Below, in pieces: positions 1 to 11,373 of a DNA stretch of 64,000 bases (its first letter is position 1; every line of letters starts with the position of its first letter). The DNA is from Octopus sinensis (lineage: Eukaryota): contig NC_043020.1 in NCBI RefSeq assembly GCF_006345805.1, forward strand, positions 21,638,001 through 21,702,000, given 5' to 3'. The notes below the pieces were generated by a model. It worked only from the letters and a program-made list of their open reading frames with translations, made no database searches and was not told where the DNA came from. A program made the translations under genes and the position numbers.

Positions 1-2700
1 GATCCTGCTATGGAAGACAGGGCCCAGCCTGAACGCTGTGTGGACTGACACCAGGTATCAATGGTCAACCCTACCAAATGCATTGGACTGGTCTAAATGG
101 ACCAGAGCCCCACCCTTGCCAGATTTATTTATGCTCTCTAAGGTATAGTGTATAAGGCAGAGATTGCCGTGAATGGCACAAGTTTGCACTTTCCCTATGA
201 GTTCCTCTGTGACATGTGCCAACCTTGGAAAAAATTTTCAACTCTGCGTTCTGCAGAGTGATAGGCCAAAGATTATCAATGTTTGAGTCCTTTCTGAACA
301 GTGCCATAACCCTCAGCACACAGATCTGGGAGTGAACCCACTCTGCTGTCAGTTGGTGAATACACTAGCCAGTAGGTGTCCAAAAGAGTCTGGCATACTG
401 TTTGGGATTGGTTCGTAGCAAAGACCATCTAATCCCAATGACTTACCCCGCCACAATCTGACAAAGCTTTCTCCACCTCCACAGCCATGACTGGTCCATC
501 ACAGCATGCCACATCCTGTCCCGAGAGACACAGCAAACCGATGAAGAAGTCCATGGGGTCCTCCCTACACTTCCATCCATCGCTCATCCCGAACAGCTGA
601 GCAAAATGCTGCTGGAAGACCTTACACATTTCCTTGGGTTCATTTACCAAGACAACTTGATTTGTCAAAGACCTTATTGTGGCACTATTACCACGTCAAG
701 CTTCAATCACGCAGGCCCATCCTGCAGCCCTATTCCTTCTTGCCTCATTGTATGAAGCTTTGCTTTGACCAAGCATCCCTTGTATTTGGGTTTGAGGTGT
801 TTGTTGAGAACCAATCTTGTTGCCAAAACTCGGTCTGCAGAGCTAGAACTCATTGCCTCTTCTAAGTCCTTAACTAAATCCCATCCTACTTTGTTTTTCT
901 TAGCCACTAGTTCCTTACTGAATCTAATTGACTCAAATTTGATAGCTCGATTTAGGGCGTACCACCATTTATTGTTAATGATAGTACATGTTAAGGCCCT
1001 CTGAATAAGTGACCTAATCCCGCTCCTGTACTCCTCAACCATCAAAAGGGACATGTTGAGTTTCCAGTAGCCAGAGCCTAATCTACATAGCCTATCTATG
1101 TCAAACATACAGGTACATGTTTGTGATCACTGTAATTGATGTACGTAAATTGTGGACACTTAGTTATTTCTTTGTCTGACTTTCTAAAAAAGATTCTATC
1201 TAGGTAACATCTAGAAGACCCATTGTCGTTAGTCCAGGCCTACACTGGAACATCTGGAAATTCTAGTCTGTATCAATCTGCTAGCCAAAACCAACATAGC
1301 AGATCACTGAGGCATGAGTTTCCCCTTCTATCCTGTGTTGAGCCAACACAATCTACGCATGCATTGCAGATTGTGTTAGAGTCATCTAATCAAATTATAG
1401 AATGTGATGTACCAAGAAAATTCTCTTGGTCCCAAAAGAAATCTATCTGTCACCAAGCGGTGCATAGACAGCCACCAACCTGAATGAGCTACTACTGCTG
1501 AACGTCACATCTAGGACAACCAGCCTCTCTGGATCAATAAAGATTGTCTTTATCTCTTCAACCAGGTTTTACTTGAGTAGAAGAGCAATGCTCCTTTCCC
1601 AATCTTGGTCTGCCAGGAGAAATAAATTTCTCATAGACATCCAAAATCAGAAAGAAGCCCCTCTGTCCACTCAACCAGGTTTCAGTGGCAACTATCACAT
1701 CTAGATTATGCAGCTGACAGTCGTGTAGGAAATGCTCTTGTTTCCACAATGACCCTAGACTGCACACATTTAAACAATCTACACAAACAGTATGCATGAA
1801 AAGGTCTTCCCTGGATTTTGGAGATGGCCAGGTAGGTTCATCTTTTTCCTCCATTATTCTGGTGCTTGTATGGTGTGGGTCACGATAAGACCCTCAAAGA
1901 TCTGTGTCATGAAATCCTTGCATAGAGGGCCTACACTATTGGGGAATTACCTTTTCAATATTTGATAGTTCATGTGATCAATTTTGTAAAGTCTTATATT
2001 TTTGGGAACATCCTGCTGAATGGCTACTGCCGTGGGCATCTCTTTTATTTTTGCTAGAAGTCATTGGTTAAATGTTAAGTTTAAAGTATAGCTTTGTTTT
2101 GAAGGCTGAAGTTCAGTGGTGTAATTTGACTGTTGTATGTTGTGTATTGATTTTTTAATCCATGAAGGACTTGTGTAGGTATTTAAGGGACTTTTTCTTT
2201 TTCTGCATTTTTGTTTGCCACCCCGCTCATGTTCTGGGGTGGTCTCATTCATTTCTGCCCCCTCTATAGACTCTACATCTGAGGGGGGCTTCTTACATTT
2301 GGGTTGGTGTAGTGTCTTTTTCTGGGAAGGGGGACATATTTGCTTTCTCGGGGTGAAGGTTACAATCTGCTCTAATGTGTCCTTTTTGCCCACATTTAAA
2401 GCAGTGTGACTTCCTCCCTTTCACCAACACTTGCAGGATGGTGTTCCCTATCTGAATCATTTCTACAATTTCCTCTAGGTCGACAGGGGCTGCTTGAATG
2501 ATCATTTCAAGCCCTGTCCCTGCCAGTTTTGTTGAGCTATTGCTGTTGCTTGCAGGATTGTTATTTTGTCTTCAAAGTGAGGTAAGACATATTGTTCCAT
2601 ATTGGCCTCAAGCATTTTTCTACTGCTTCTCTTGAGGCATTATCTAATTTTTTATTTTTTACACAGAATGTTTAGTAAATTACTGTTATTCTTTCTGTAG
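1..2700 (-). mobile_element. Decayed L1/Tx1-clade LINE (ORF1 zinc knuckle, APE endonuclease, start of RT)
   Basis: CFKCGQKGHIRADC CCHC knuckle (2293-2505), APE start CLNVCSL...LDVIVATET (1558-1854), GSGYWKLNMSLL (707-1108), RT entry NLWPITLQNAELKIFSKV (125-319); many stops and frameshifts. Confidence 0.85.
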
Positions 2701-2729
2701 TATGGATAATTTCGCTAAGAGGGGTTACT

Positions 2730-3905
2730 TTTATCTCTAATCCCTCCTACAATTACATAGTTTATTGGATGTTACTCTGGTCTGAGTCTTCTTATTTTTA
2801 TTTTCGTTCTTATCTGTATGATTATTATTACTATTATTCATATTGATGCTCTTATTTTTGTTGTCACTAATAACATGATTAGACTTAGGTTTGGTAGTTG
2901 ATTTCAAAATTATATTTTTATTGTTATAGTTATTATCCTTAGCCATATACTTAATTCTGTTTCCATCTAATCCTGTATGCAAGGTATTGTTATTAGCTAG
3001 TATTATGTTTATCAGTAACACATTTAACTTTTCTCCTATTTATTGAGGCTATTATGGCTCCTAAATTCAGCATTACAAAATATGAAAATTTTATAGCGGA
3101 TTTAATGCATATGGTATAATATTTATGGGGTTATGGGAAATTTGATTGTAGAATTTCAAAGAAAAGTTTAGGTAAATTTCTAACCCTGAGTGAGAAAGCA
3201 GGAGTGAACCACACAACCTCACATATTCTAGGTTTAGAATTACAGGATATATTCAGATTTTCAGAGGTAGTTTATAGTTATATTTATTACAATTATTACA
3301 ATGCTTATGGTTTCTCGAGCCAAACCCTTCAGTTGATTAGTGCTAAGTATATTTAATGAGCCTAATTTCCCTAAATCTACAGAATTATTAGAAGTGATAT
3401 TTGCCATCTTCATTTTTAATTTTGTATTTGGTATATAATAAATGTTTTTATCAAATCCACTTCATTTCAGTGTTGTTTAGAGATATCTTTGTTAGCTAAG
3501 TTTGACAACCTAATTGGAATAGTTACCATGATGCTATTAATAGTTGAGTAGGGGTGGTTTTGAGGATACATTGATGTATTGAAGGGTTTGGTTCGGTTTC
3601 TTATATGGATAAAAGAGACCTTTATTTAAGTGTAATGTAACACCAAGACAAGGTTATAAAAATTTTTTATAAAGTTTTTAGATCTCCTTTTAATCTTACT
3701 ATGGCAGGATTAGATAGATTGTGTGTGATAAATAGGGCAAAAAAGGATTTAAAGAGATTTATAACCTTAAAATCGGGCTCTACTATCCGTATAGGAAACC
3801 AAACCAAACCCTTCTATATGTCAATGTATCCTCAAACCTCTCCTACTCAACTATTAATAGCATCATGGTAACTATTCCTATTAGGTTATCAAACTAATCA
3901 ACCAT
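2730..3905. mobile_element. Decayed Penelope-like element fragments in inverted arrangement
   Basis: Minus-strand RT C-terminal part and Asn-rich linker ending in CNCR (2737-3021). Segment ~3500-3610 is repeated inverted at ~3785-3896 (YRKPNQTLLYVNVSS...IPIRLS). Confidence 0.65.
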
Positions 3906-4283
3906 TCAAGTTATGCTCTGATTTTACAAGTCCTGGGTCGCCACTGTTACCTTTGGATTATTCAAGTATATGTTCATGTAGATACACTCATACCCAACAT
4001 TTTTACAACTTTCATCCATCTTTTCACAAACACGTTGTACAACAGGCATCTTTGCTCCAACCTTAAGGAAAACTACCTCACTAGGGCTGGAGATGAAGAT
4101 GCCTGTCGCAACTCCTTTCGTATGAATTTTCCAAGCAACCTCTTTTCTTACAGCTACCACTGCGAGAAAAGATGCCTTTCCTTCTTTACCAAAGGCGGAA
4201 GGCGGGATAATCTTTATAATTGACTCAGAGGACAACTGTACTCTTCCCATACGGGACAGCAGCTGTTCGACATATACCTACAT

Positions 4284-4471
4284 AATACAGTTCAGTTCTG
4301 TATTTAAGATATGAGGAATTATGTACATTATTTACATTTGATGGATATTTGTCCTCATCTTGTTTGTTGTTAACACAATGTTTCAGCTGATATACCCACG
4401 GGCATATGGTGTAGTGGTTAAGAGTACAGGCTACTAACCCCAAGATTCTGAGTTCGATTCCAAGCAGTGAA

Positions 4472-4523
<52 letters not shown>

Positions 4524-4654
4524 TTGAAAAATACCTTAAGAAATAGAACCCAGGTTCGAAATTTCCCCAAGACACTTGATGAAGGCTGGAGGGTATATCA
4601 GCCGAAATGTTGTGTTAACAATAAACAAGATGAAGACAAATATCTGTCAAATGT
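4284..4654 (+). mobile_element. Non-autonomous PLE-derived element with tRNA-like head, (AAT)n and hammerhead motif
   Basis: 12-bp TSD atatacctacat (4272-4283) / atatacccacat (4655-4666); inverted PLE termini; A box TGGTGTAGTGG (4407-4417), B box GAGTTCGATTC (4450-4460); homologous to 11150-11373. Confidence 0.8.
4572..4615 (+). ncRNA. Minimal type-I hammerhead ribozyme motif (degenerate)
   Basis: acac-tTGATGA-aggctg(gagggtatat)cagcc-GAAAt-GTT-gtgt; stem I acac/gtgt; two core substitutions relative to the consensus of the window's copies. Confidence 0.7.
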
Positions 4655-4759
4655 ATATACCCACATCTCCATAATTTTGGACACTGTACAATCGCATGCA
4701 GGACAGTTTCAAAGGTAACAGTGGCGACCCGGGATTTGTAAAATCAGAGCATAACCCAT

Positions 4760-4925
4760 CTCCCCACTCCATAGTAACATTTGTTGTATTGTCCAACCAT
4801 TCAATTTTATTGTTCATTTAATTTTTGAAGTCGCTTTTTGTGTAAATTCATTCGTTTTCATGATTCCAATAATCATTGTACTGTCCACCTGTATGTTTAG
4901 CTCCTAGTGGGTAATAAAGAAATAT
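4760..4925 (+). mobile_element. 3'-end fragment of a LINE-like element
   Basis: Ends ctgtatgtttagctcctagtgggtaataaagaaa, the same tail as the SINE at 19993-20208. Confidence 0.5.
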
Positions 4926-4973
4926 TTTAATCTATCAAATTATTACTATGTAGGATTTCATCATGAAGGAAAC

Positions 4974-5064
4974 CATCCTGATGAGGGGGGCATTATGTTT
5001 CTGTATTTGGAATACTTAAAACGCCATTTATACATTTATTGTAGCCCTGAAATGGCTGTAGAAG
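4974..5064 (+). ncRNA. PLE-type hammerhead motif with long stem-II loop (decayed)
   Basis: catc-CTGATGA-gggg...ccct-GAAAt-ggct-GTA-gaag; same architecture as 6097-6178. Confidence 0.6.
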
Positions 5065-5546
5065 ATATCCTTTACTCTAATTCACCTGAATCTGTAAATA
5101 TTTATTTTATCTACCTATTTACCCTTGAACTTTTAAATTTTGAACTCTCATCCATCATTTTGTATAAACATCAAATTCTTAATCGATTTGAATAGTTCCT
5201 TTTGGAAGCCCGTACCTCAAATTTTTATCTCTTTATTTATCACTCCTCCATTCAGTACTTGAACCCAAAATACATGATGCATAGTTTTCACATATGGCTT
5301 TTACATGTAATTTTGTCCACTGATTTATAAATTTATATGTATATTAATTTCGTTGTGTTTTAAGTTATGCTTTGGAATTTGTATTGATTGCCTAGATGTG
5401 TTCCTTCTATAATTTCCTTAATACATACATACATACATTTATTCCTACCTCAGTTCATTTAATTGTATATATCTTTCGTTACTTTTCATAAAAAACCTTT
5501 ACTTTTTTATTTACAATGTGCATTTTCGTTGATTTTTCTTACTTCC

Positions 5547-5586
<40 letters not shown>

Positions 5587-5608
5587 GCACGCACACCCAC
5601 ATACATAT

Positions 5609-5730
5609 AATGGTCTTCTTTCAGTCTCTGTCTGCCATAGCTACTCACAAAGTTTTGGTTGGCCCAAGGCTATAATAGAAGACACTTGCTCAAGGAGCAA
5701 ATTTCTTACCAAACCATCACACCTGCACCT
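5609..5730 (-). mobile_element. Old tRNA-derived SINE fragment
   Basis: cttctttcagtctctgtctgcc...ggcccaaggctataatagaagacacttgctcaagg core resembles an abundant octopus SINE; internally deleted. Confidence 0.6.
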
Positions 5731-6096
5731 ATACATTTAAAAAAAATATTTAACATTCATTTGCATTTCTCAATATAAATTAAATCATAATATAACAATT
5801 AAAAGAAAAAATAGCAATTAGTATAAAATGTATCAAGGACTTGAACTCGAATATGTGGCTTTGCATGAATGGGAGAAATTAAAAGATTAAAAATTTAATT
5901 GAGTGCAGAAGTGAATTAGTCCAGATGGAGCTGTGCGCATACCATTTACTATAGCTGCTAGATTGAATTATATGCTTATAAAGTAGCATTCAGTATCTAT
6001 GAGAATTTTGGGGACTACATAACGTCTGGTCTTTTGCATGTAGTCGGTATGTAATTGTGCATTTGTTTCCGTGTACTATGTGTTGTGTGTAAAAAA

Positions 6097-6178
6097 CATC
6101 CTGACGAGGGGAGTGTCAATTTTAAATATATGATATGTTTCATATTAATTGGCACATCTCCGAAACGGCCCATAGATG
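6097..6178 (+). ncRNA. PLE-type hammerhead ribozyme motif with extended stem II
   Basis: catc-CTGACGA-[ggggagtgtcaatt...aattggcacatctcc, 14 bp with one bulge]-GAAAC-ggcc-cATA-gatg; both core boxes intact, stem III/cleavage triplet altered. Confidence 0.72.
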
Positions 6179-6385
6179 AACTTTTATGTATTTTTGTAAA
6201 TTTGTATATTTATCTTCTATGCATTTTTCTCTGGAATTTTAATTCGTCTTTTTAATATGTCATTGTATGTTTTATTACCCCAAATAATGCTAGTAATTAT
6301 ATATTTGTCTTTGTCAAGTTTTTAAGTAAAGATCCCATCCCCTCAAAAAAAAAAAAATGCTGCATAGATATCTAAATAAATTCAC

Positions 6386-6460
6386 CTGTAAATTTTTTAT
6401 TTCTTCTTTCAAGGCTGTGATTTCGTCTTCTTTATTCAGGTAGAGGAGTCGAAACTTTTC
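6386..6460 (-). CDS. CCDC73: CCDC73-like exon (EKFRLLYLNKEDEITALKEEIKNLQ)
   Basis: Acceptor tttcattatag, donor CAG/gtgaat; 75 nt, phase 0-0. Ungapped match to recalled CCDC73 [25 protein letters not shown]. No further exon found, so the gene probably continues beyond the window start. Confidence 0.82.
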
Positions 6461-7119
6461 CTATAATGAAACATGAAATAAAGTAATTGTTTTTCATACA
6501 GTTTAAAAAATGAATCAGCATTTAGGCATTTGTGAGAGTCCAATGCAGCTGCAATACTATGAATTATTTAGAGCTAATACTCCCAACTGTATCCAGAAAA
6601 GACATACTCCTATTGTGTTTTGCAAAAGGCATCCCTGCTTGGCTTAATAAGCCAAGAAGCGACGTCTTTTCTAGAACACAAAACCTAACCACAGTAAACT
6701 ACAAAGCTCTACATTATGTTTTATCATATGTTTACATTGAATACACCCATAAACCATCTACATAAAACAACAATGCTAAATATAAAAGAGTACTGTAACA
6801 AGCAAGAGGTACAGATTGTTACCACAGCAAACTTCACCATCACAGTCCCTATCACTACATGTAAAATAACCTCCAAACAAATACCTATATATATATATAT
6901 ACATACAACAGTGGAATACCACTACAGCCAATACTATCTATTCCATTTAGCCCAGGCAAGTAAAAAAAATATGCTCTCAGGATTTTGCTAGACTACCTTT
7001 GAATAATCTTGGTAGAGCCTAATGAGTGTTTTTACTTACCAAAAAATAATCTGGAAATAGTTGCAGTTATTGTTGTCTAATCACAGGTCAGTTCTATATC
7101 ACAGACCTATGACCAAAGA

Positions 7120-7546
7120 TGTTGTAGTAGGGCCATAAGAGCTAAAAGGAACAGGGCAGAGTTATGCTCCCTCATTCTGTCATCAGTAGGTGGCACTGCG
7201 ATGTCACTTCTGCTAGAGAGGCATAAAAACCCTACAGGGACAATGACCTTTCTCCTTTTTTGTCACTTTGCTTGTAAACAATTTGACTTGTCAACTGACA
7301 CAGCTGCCAAGGACTGCTAGCTCACTTTGCCTTTGGCCATCACTGTTGCTGCATTATGTAGCAGTCAAATTTCCTATTCTCTTCTGTTTCAGCGTCAATC
7401 ACATAAGATGTTACCATGTTTGTACAACTTTTATTGAACACTGCTATAAAAACTTGTTGAACTTTGACTCGATGTTGTTTGTCACACCAGTGCATGCACC
7501 TTAATGCAATCAAGAACACAGGATTCATGTTTACTCTTCCCTAAAA
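7120..7546 (+). repeat. 5' LTR of the CsRn1-like element
   Basis: Starts TGTTG; homologous to 13222-13653; followed directly by the PBS. Confidence 0.85.
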
Positions 7547-7564
7547 TGGTTACCCTGATGTAAG
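7547..7564 (+). promoter_or_regulatory. Primer binding site, tRNA-Trp-like (decayed)
   Basis: tggttaccctgatgtaag versus canonical TGGTGACCCCGACGTGAT; two of five differences are CpG transitions. Confidence 0.7.
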
Positions 7565-8873
7565 AATATTCACATTGAATATTCTCTCAATGAAAAAATT
7601 GTGTAGAGTCAACATGTATCTGATTCTTCCTCACTGGTTCTATGGCAGCCTATAGGAAGCGACATCTTTTTCTTCATGCTGACCTTCATCCAACATTTTC
7701 TCTACCCTGGAGCAACATGCAACATTCTTTTTAACCCATTTTTAGCAGTGATGTCCGTCTCTGGTTTGCTCAGGTGTAAACTTACTTCACAGCAAGCAAT
7801 ATTTAGTCAAGCCAGTAGCAACTAAGCATTCTACTCAGCACCATTCCTGTTGCCTTAGCCACTCGACTCAAGGATCTAATAACTGACACACCACACAACA
7901 CAACTTATGCATCCATAATTCTTAACAGGACATCTCTATTGGCCAAGTGCCATTTCGAAACCCTGATATATGATGAACATTTGGGTGACAGAAAGCCCAC
8001 AGAATTTCTTCATCACATTCGTGAACTCACAGACAAGTTCCCTGAAGACAGCTCTCACATGTTCAGGCAATTTTGGTGCCCATGATCAAAAGAAGTTTAG
8101 CTGACCAAATTGCAAATTTTGCCAATAAAATCATGGGATTTTCCAGAAATTCGCTCACAGCACAGCAGACAGTGTTGTTGCTGCGACTTCTTCATTGATG
8201 GCTACGGCTGCCACCAACAGCAGCTCTACACAGTCGGTAACTTTAGAAGCCACTTTAAACCTGACCAAGCAGGTGTAGAGATTATGTTCATCCTGAAGCT
8301 TGCAGTGTCATGGTCGCTCAACCAGTGGTGACTGGCGTCTCCGTTGTCCACCTCACCACATGGATTTTGTTGGTACCATGACCATTTTGGCGTGAAAGGC
8401 GGAAATGCCTTTCACCATGTTCGTATGCGTGCCAGGAAAAGTAACCAGGAGACCCTGAGCATGTCAGCAGCTCCCACTACTCCTAATCATGCATTTTTGT
8501 GCTGGACCACAACTCGCACAAGAATTTTATGTCGACACAGGCGCTTCATGTAGCATTCGGCTGGTAAAGTTCTCTCTCGGATTTCTCTGCAAGCTGTCAA
8601 CCATTCTCCTATTGACACATTCGGGCAGATATCTCTCTCACTACAGAGGGAGTTTCATAATTGCAAACCAACCCTATCCTCAGGGCAGATCTCCTCCACT
8701 ACTTCTTGCTGTCGGTGGATGTTTGCCAACAGCATTTGTTGGATAGCTCAATGTAGTCATCGGTTCCTGGTTGTCCAGCATCCACTCCTGTTGTAAGCCC
8801 AGCATTTTTTAATGTTGTATCCGATGATACAAGCCATTCTCCTCTCAACTCTTTCCCAGAGCTTACTGATTTA

Positions 8874-11373
8874 TTTACATTATTTACAATTGATGGATAT
8901 TTGTCCCCATCTTGCTTGTTGTTAACACAACGTTTCAGCTGATATGGAGTGAATTTTAGGGCTAATAAATCTAATATTCTTCTATCCTTCCTTAATACCG
9001 GTTCTCATATGCTGTTCATATCTGCACTCGGTCTGCTTAGGAGGTTGTCGTGTCCTAGCATATGTGCTGCTTCTTTTAGTTTTTGTATTCTCCAGTGGTG
9101 TTCTCTGTCTATTATTTTAACTTCATCCCACAGATGGAGGTGGCCTCCATTTTTCCATACATATTCAGCTATACCCGATTTATCAATATCTCCCCAAGTC
9201 ACAGTTTTGCAATCTTCCTCTACCCTTATTTTTAAGGGGCAGCATGTTTCACCTTTGTATAACCTACATGGCATGGCATGGAGTACACGCAGTTCTTGGT
9301 CATATTCTCTTCTATTGGTGGTTTTACTCGAAGGAGATATTTGCAAAGTGTTGTATTACTTTTGAATACTGTCCTGGTGTTATATGGGCTGCATATCTTT
9401 TGTATCTTTTCAGAGAGGCCTTTCACATAGGGTAGACAGACTGTGGACAGTTTATCGGTTCCATCCTCTCTTTTCTTCATAATTGGAGTAGAGGTATGTT
9501 TTTGGGGTAGTTGTTGCTTAACATTATTGTTGCTGAGCCTGATAATTTCTTCGTGGTGGGTATCGTGATCGCTACTTAAATTCATTGCTCAATGTTTTAG
9601 GCACTGAGCAATCCCTCTCTTTACACTGTATGGATGGTGGGAGTTGAAGTTGAGGTATTGTCCAGTGAAGGTCGGCTTGCGGTATACGGATTTCCTGAAT
9701 CCAAACTTGGTGCGTGTTATTAATACGTCCAGGAATGCTAGCTGATTATCTTTTTCTTTTTCCATTGTGAACTGTATGGATGGCTTTATTGAGTTCACAT
9801 GATCTAACAGCACTTGGACATCTTCCTGGTAGGGCCAGAGTATGAAGGTATCATCAACATACTGCAGCCATAGGATTGGTTTTAGTGGTGTTGATCCTAA
9901 AGCCAAATTCTCAAAGTATTGGCTATTATTGGTGATAATGACAAACCCATAGCTAAACCCTCTTCTTGTCAATATATATCAGTATCCATACTGAAGTAGG
10001 TAGTTTCTACATAGAAGGTGAATATTTCCATCAAGTTTCTTTGTAGTATACTAGTGCAATCTTTTAGATGGGTGTCTGTCACTAGTTTTCTTGAATCACC
10101 GATAGTGCTTCACCAATTGGGACTTTGGTGAACAAACTTATCACATCTAGACTCACCATCTGGTTGGATTCAATGGGGGTATCTTTGATCAATTCTGTTG
10201 TGAAGTGGACTGATTATATCTACAAGGAAGTGGCTCAGTGGATGACATGCCAAACCTCTACAGCTCACTTTAGTTTCTTAATGGAATACCATCCTTGTGA
10301 ATCTTAGGAAGACCATACATGGTTTACGGTAGTGTTGAGTTAGTTGTCTGTACTTCATTGGTGTAAGGTGATCCTTGTTCTTGCTCAAGATCTGTGAAAA
10401 CTTCCTCTCTGTTTTCAAAGTAAGGTCTTTCTTCACTTATAAGACTTGCCAGTTTTTTTGAGTAGTCAGACTTGTTCCTCACCACTGTAGCATTTCCCTT
10501 GTCTACTGGAAGAATTATGGTGGAATCGTCACTCTGTAGTCTTTTGATAGTGAACGTATCTTCCTTAGTGATGTTTGGTTTGGGAAGTTTTCGCTTTTTC
10601 TAGTATCTGTCTCACTTTCCACCTTAGTTCATCTCCCTGAGATTTTGGTATCTTTATGGCTATCTCTTCAATAGGGGCTATTACGTCCAAGTATTGAATG
10701 CGCTTGATGTTTGTTGCAAAGCTGAGACCTTTGTTCAGTACTGCTTCTTCAGAGCTTTCTAGATGTCAGCTACTTACATTAATTACTGCTTTTACAGGTG
10801 GGTGACAGACTTCAGTCTTCATTCTGAGACCTTTGAGTTTCATAAACTTCTTAATCTGGCGTGTCTTCACCATTTCAAATTCTTTCATGTATGACTTTTC
10901 TAGGTCTTGTTGGATTATCTTTCTATCATCATCTCTGGTTATTTTCCTAAGTAATGATGATAATGTCTCTTTGAGAACACCACTGGAAAACACAAAAACT
11001 AAAAGAAGCAGCACATATGCTAGAACACAACAACCTCCTAAGCAGACCGAGTGCAGATATGAACAGCATATGAGAACCGGTATTAAGGAAGGATAGAAGA
11101 ATATTAGATTTATTAGCCCTAAAATTCACTCCATAATCGCCATGGACAAGTTTCCATGTTTGATTCCAGGCAGTGACCTGAATAATAATAACAACAACAT
11201 CAAAAAATACCTTAGGAATGAGAACCCAGTTTCAAAATTTCCCCAAGACACCTGATGAAGGCTGGAGGGTTATATCAGCCAAAACGTTATGTTAACAAGA
11301 AACAAGATGAGGACAAATATCCATCAATTGTAAATAATGTACATAATTCCTCATCTCTTAAATTAGAACTGTT
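8874..11373 (-). mobile_element. Penelope-like element (RT + C-terminal GIY-YIG; Penelope/Poseidon type) with inverted pLTR
   Basis: 11-bp TSD ttactgattta (8863-8873 / 11374-11384). RT WLQYVDDTFILW...FLDV...VYRKPT (9589-9972); GIY-YIG CVYSMPC..YKGET (9005-9346). The 3' end is duplicated inverted at ~10955-11373. Confidence 0.9.
11248..11292 (+). ncRNA. Minimal hammerhead motif in the PLE pLTR
   Basis: acac-CTGATGA-aggctg...cagcc-aAAAC-GTT-atgt. The inverted partial copy at ~8922-8945 retains GAAACGTTGTGT. Confidence 0.7.

Larger units (their letters stand above)
3910..4755. mobile_element. Non-autonomous TIR element (45-bp TIRs), interrupted by the 4284-4654 insertion
   Basis: gttatgctctgattttacaagtcctgggtcgccactgttaccttt (3910-3954) is the reverse complement, with 2 mismatches, of 4711-4755. 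No transposase recognised. Confidence 0.7.

Noticed and set aside
4400-4470. A genuine tRNA gene
   Set aside because: A and B boxes are present but there is no proper acceptor stem or cloverleaf, and it is embedded in a mobile element; the same applies to the SINE heads at 20208 and 29890.
5835-5960. Minus-strand A-box/B-box pair near the 6097 hammerhead
   Set aside because: Spacing is ~100 nt, the A box is weak and the orientation is opposite to the ribozyme; not enough support.
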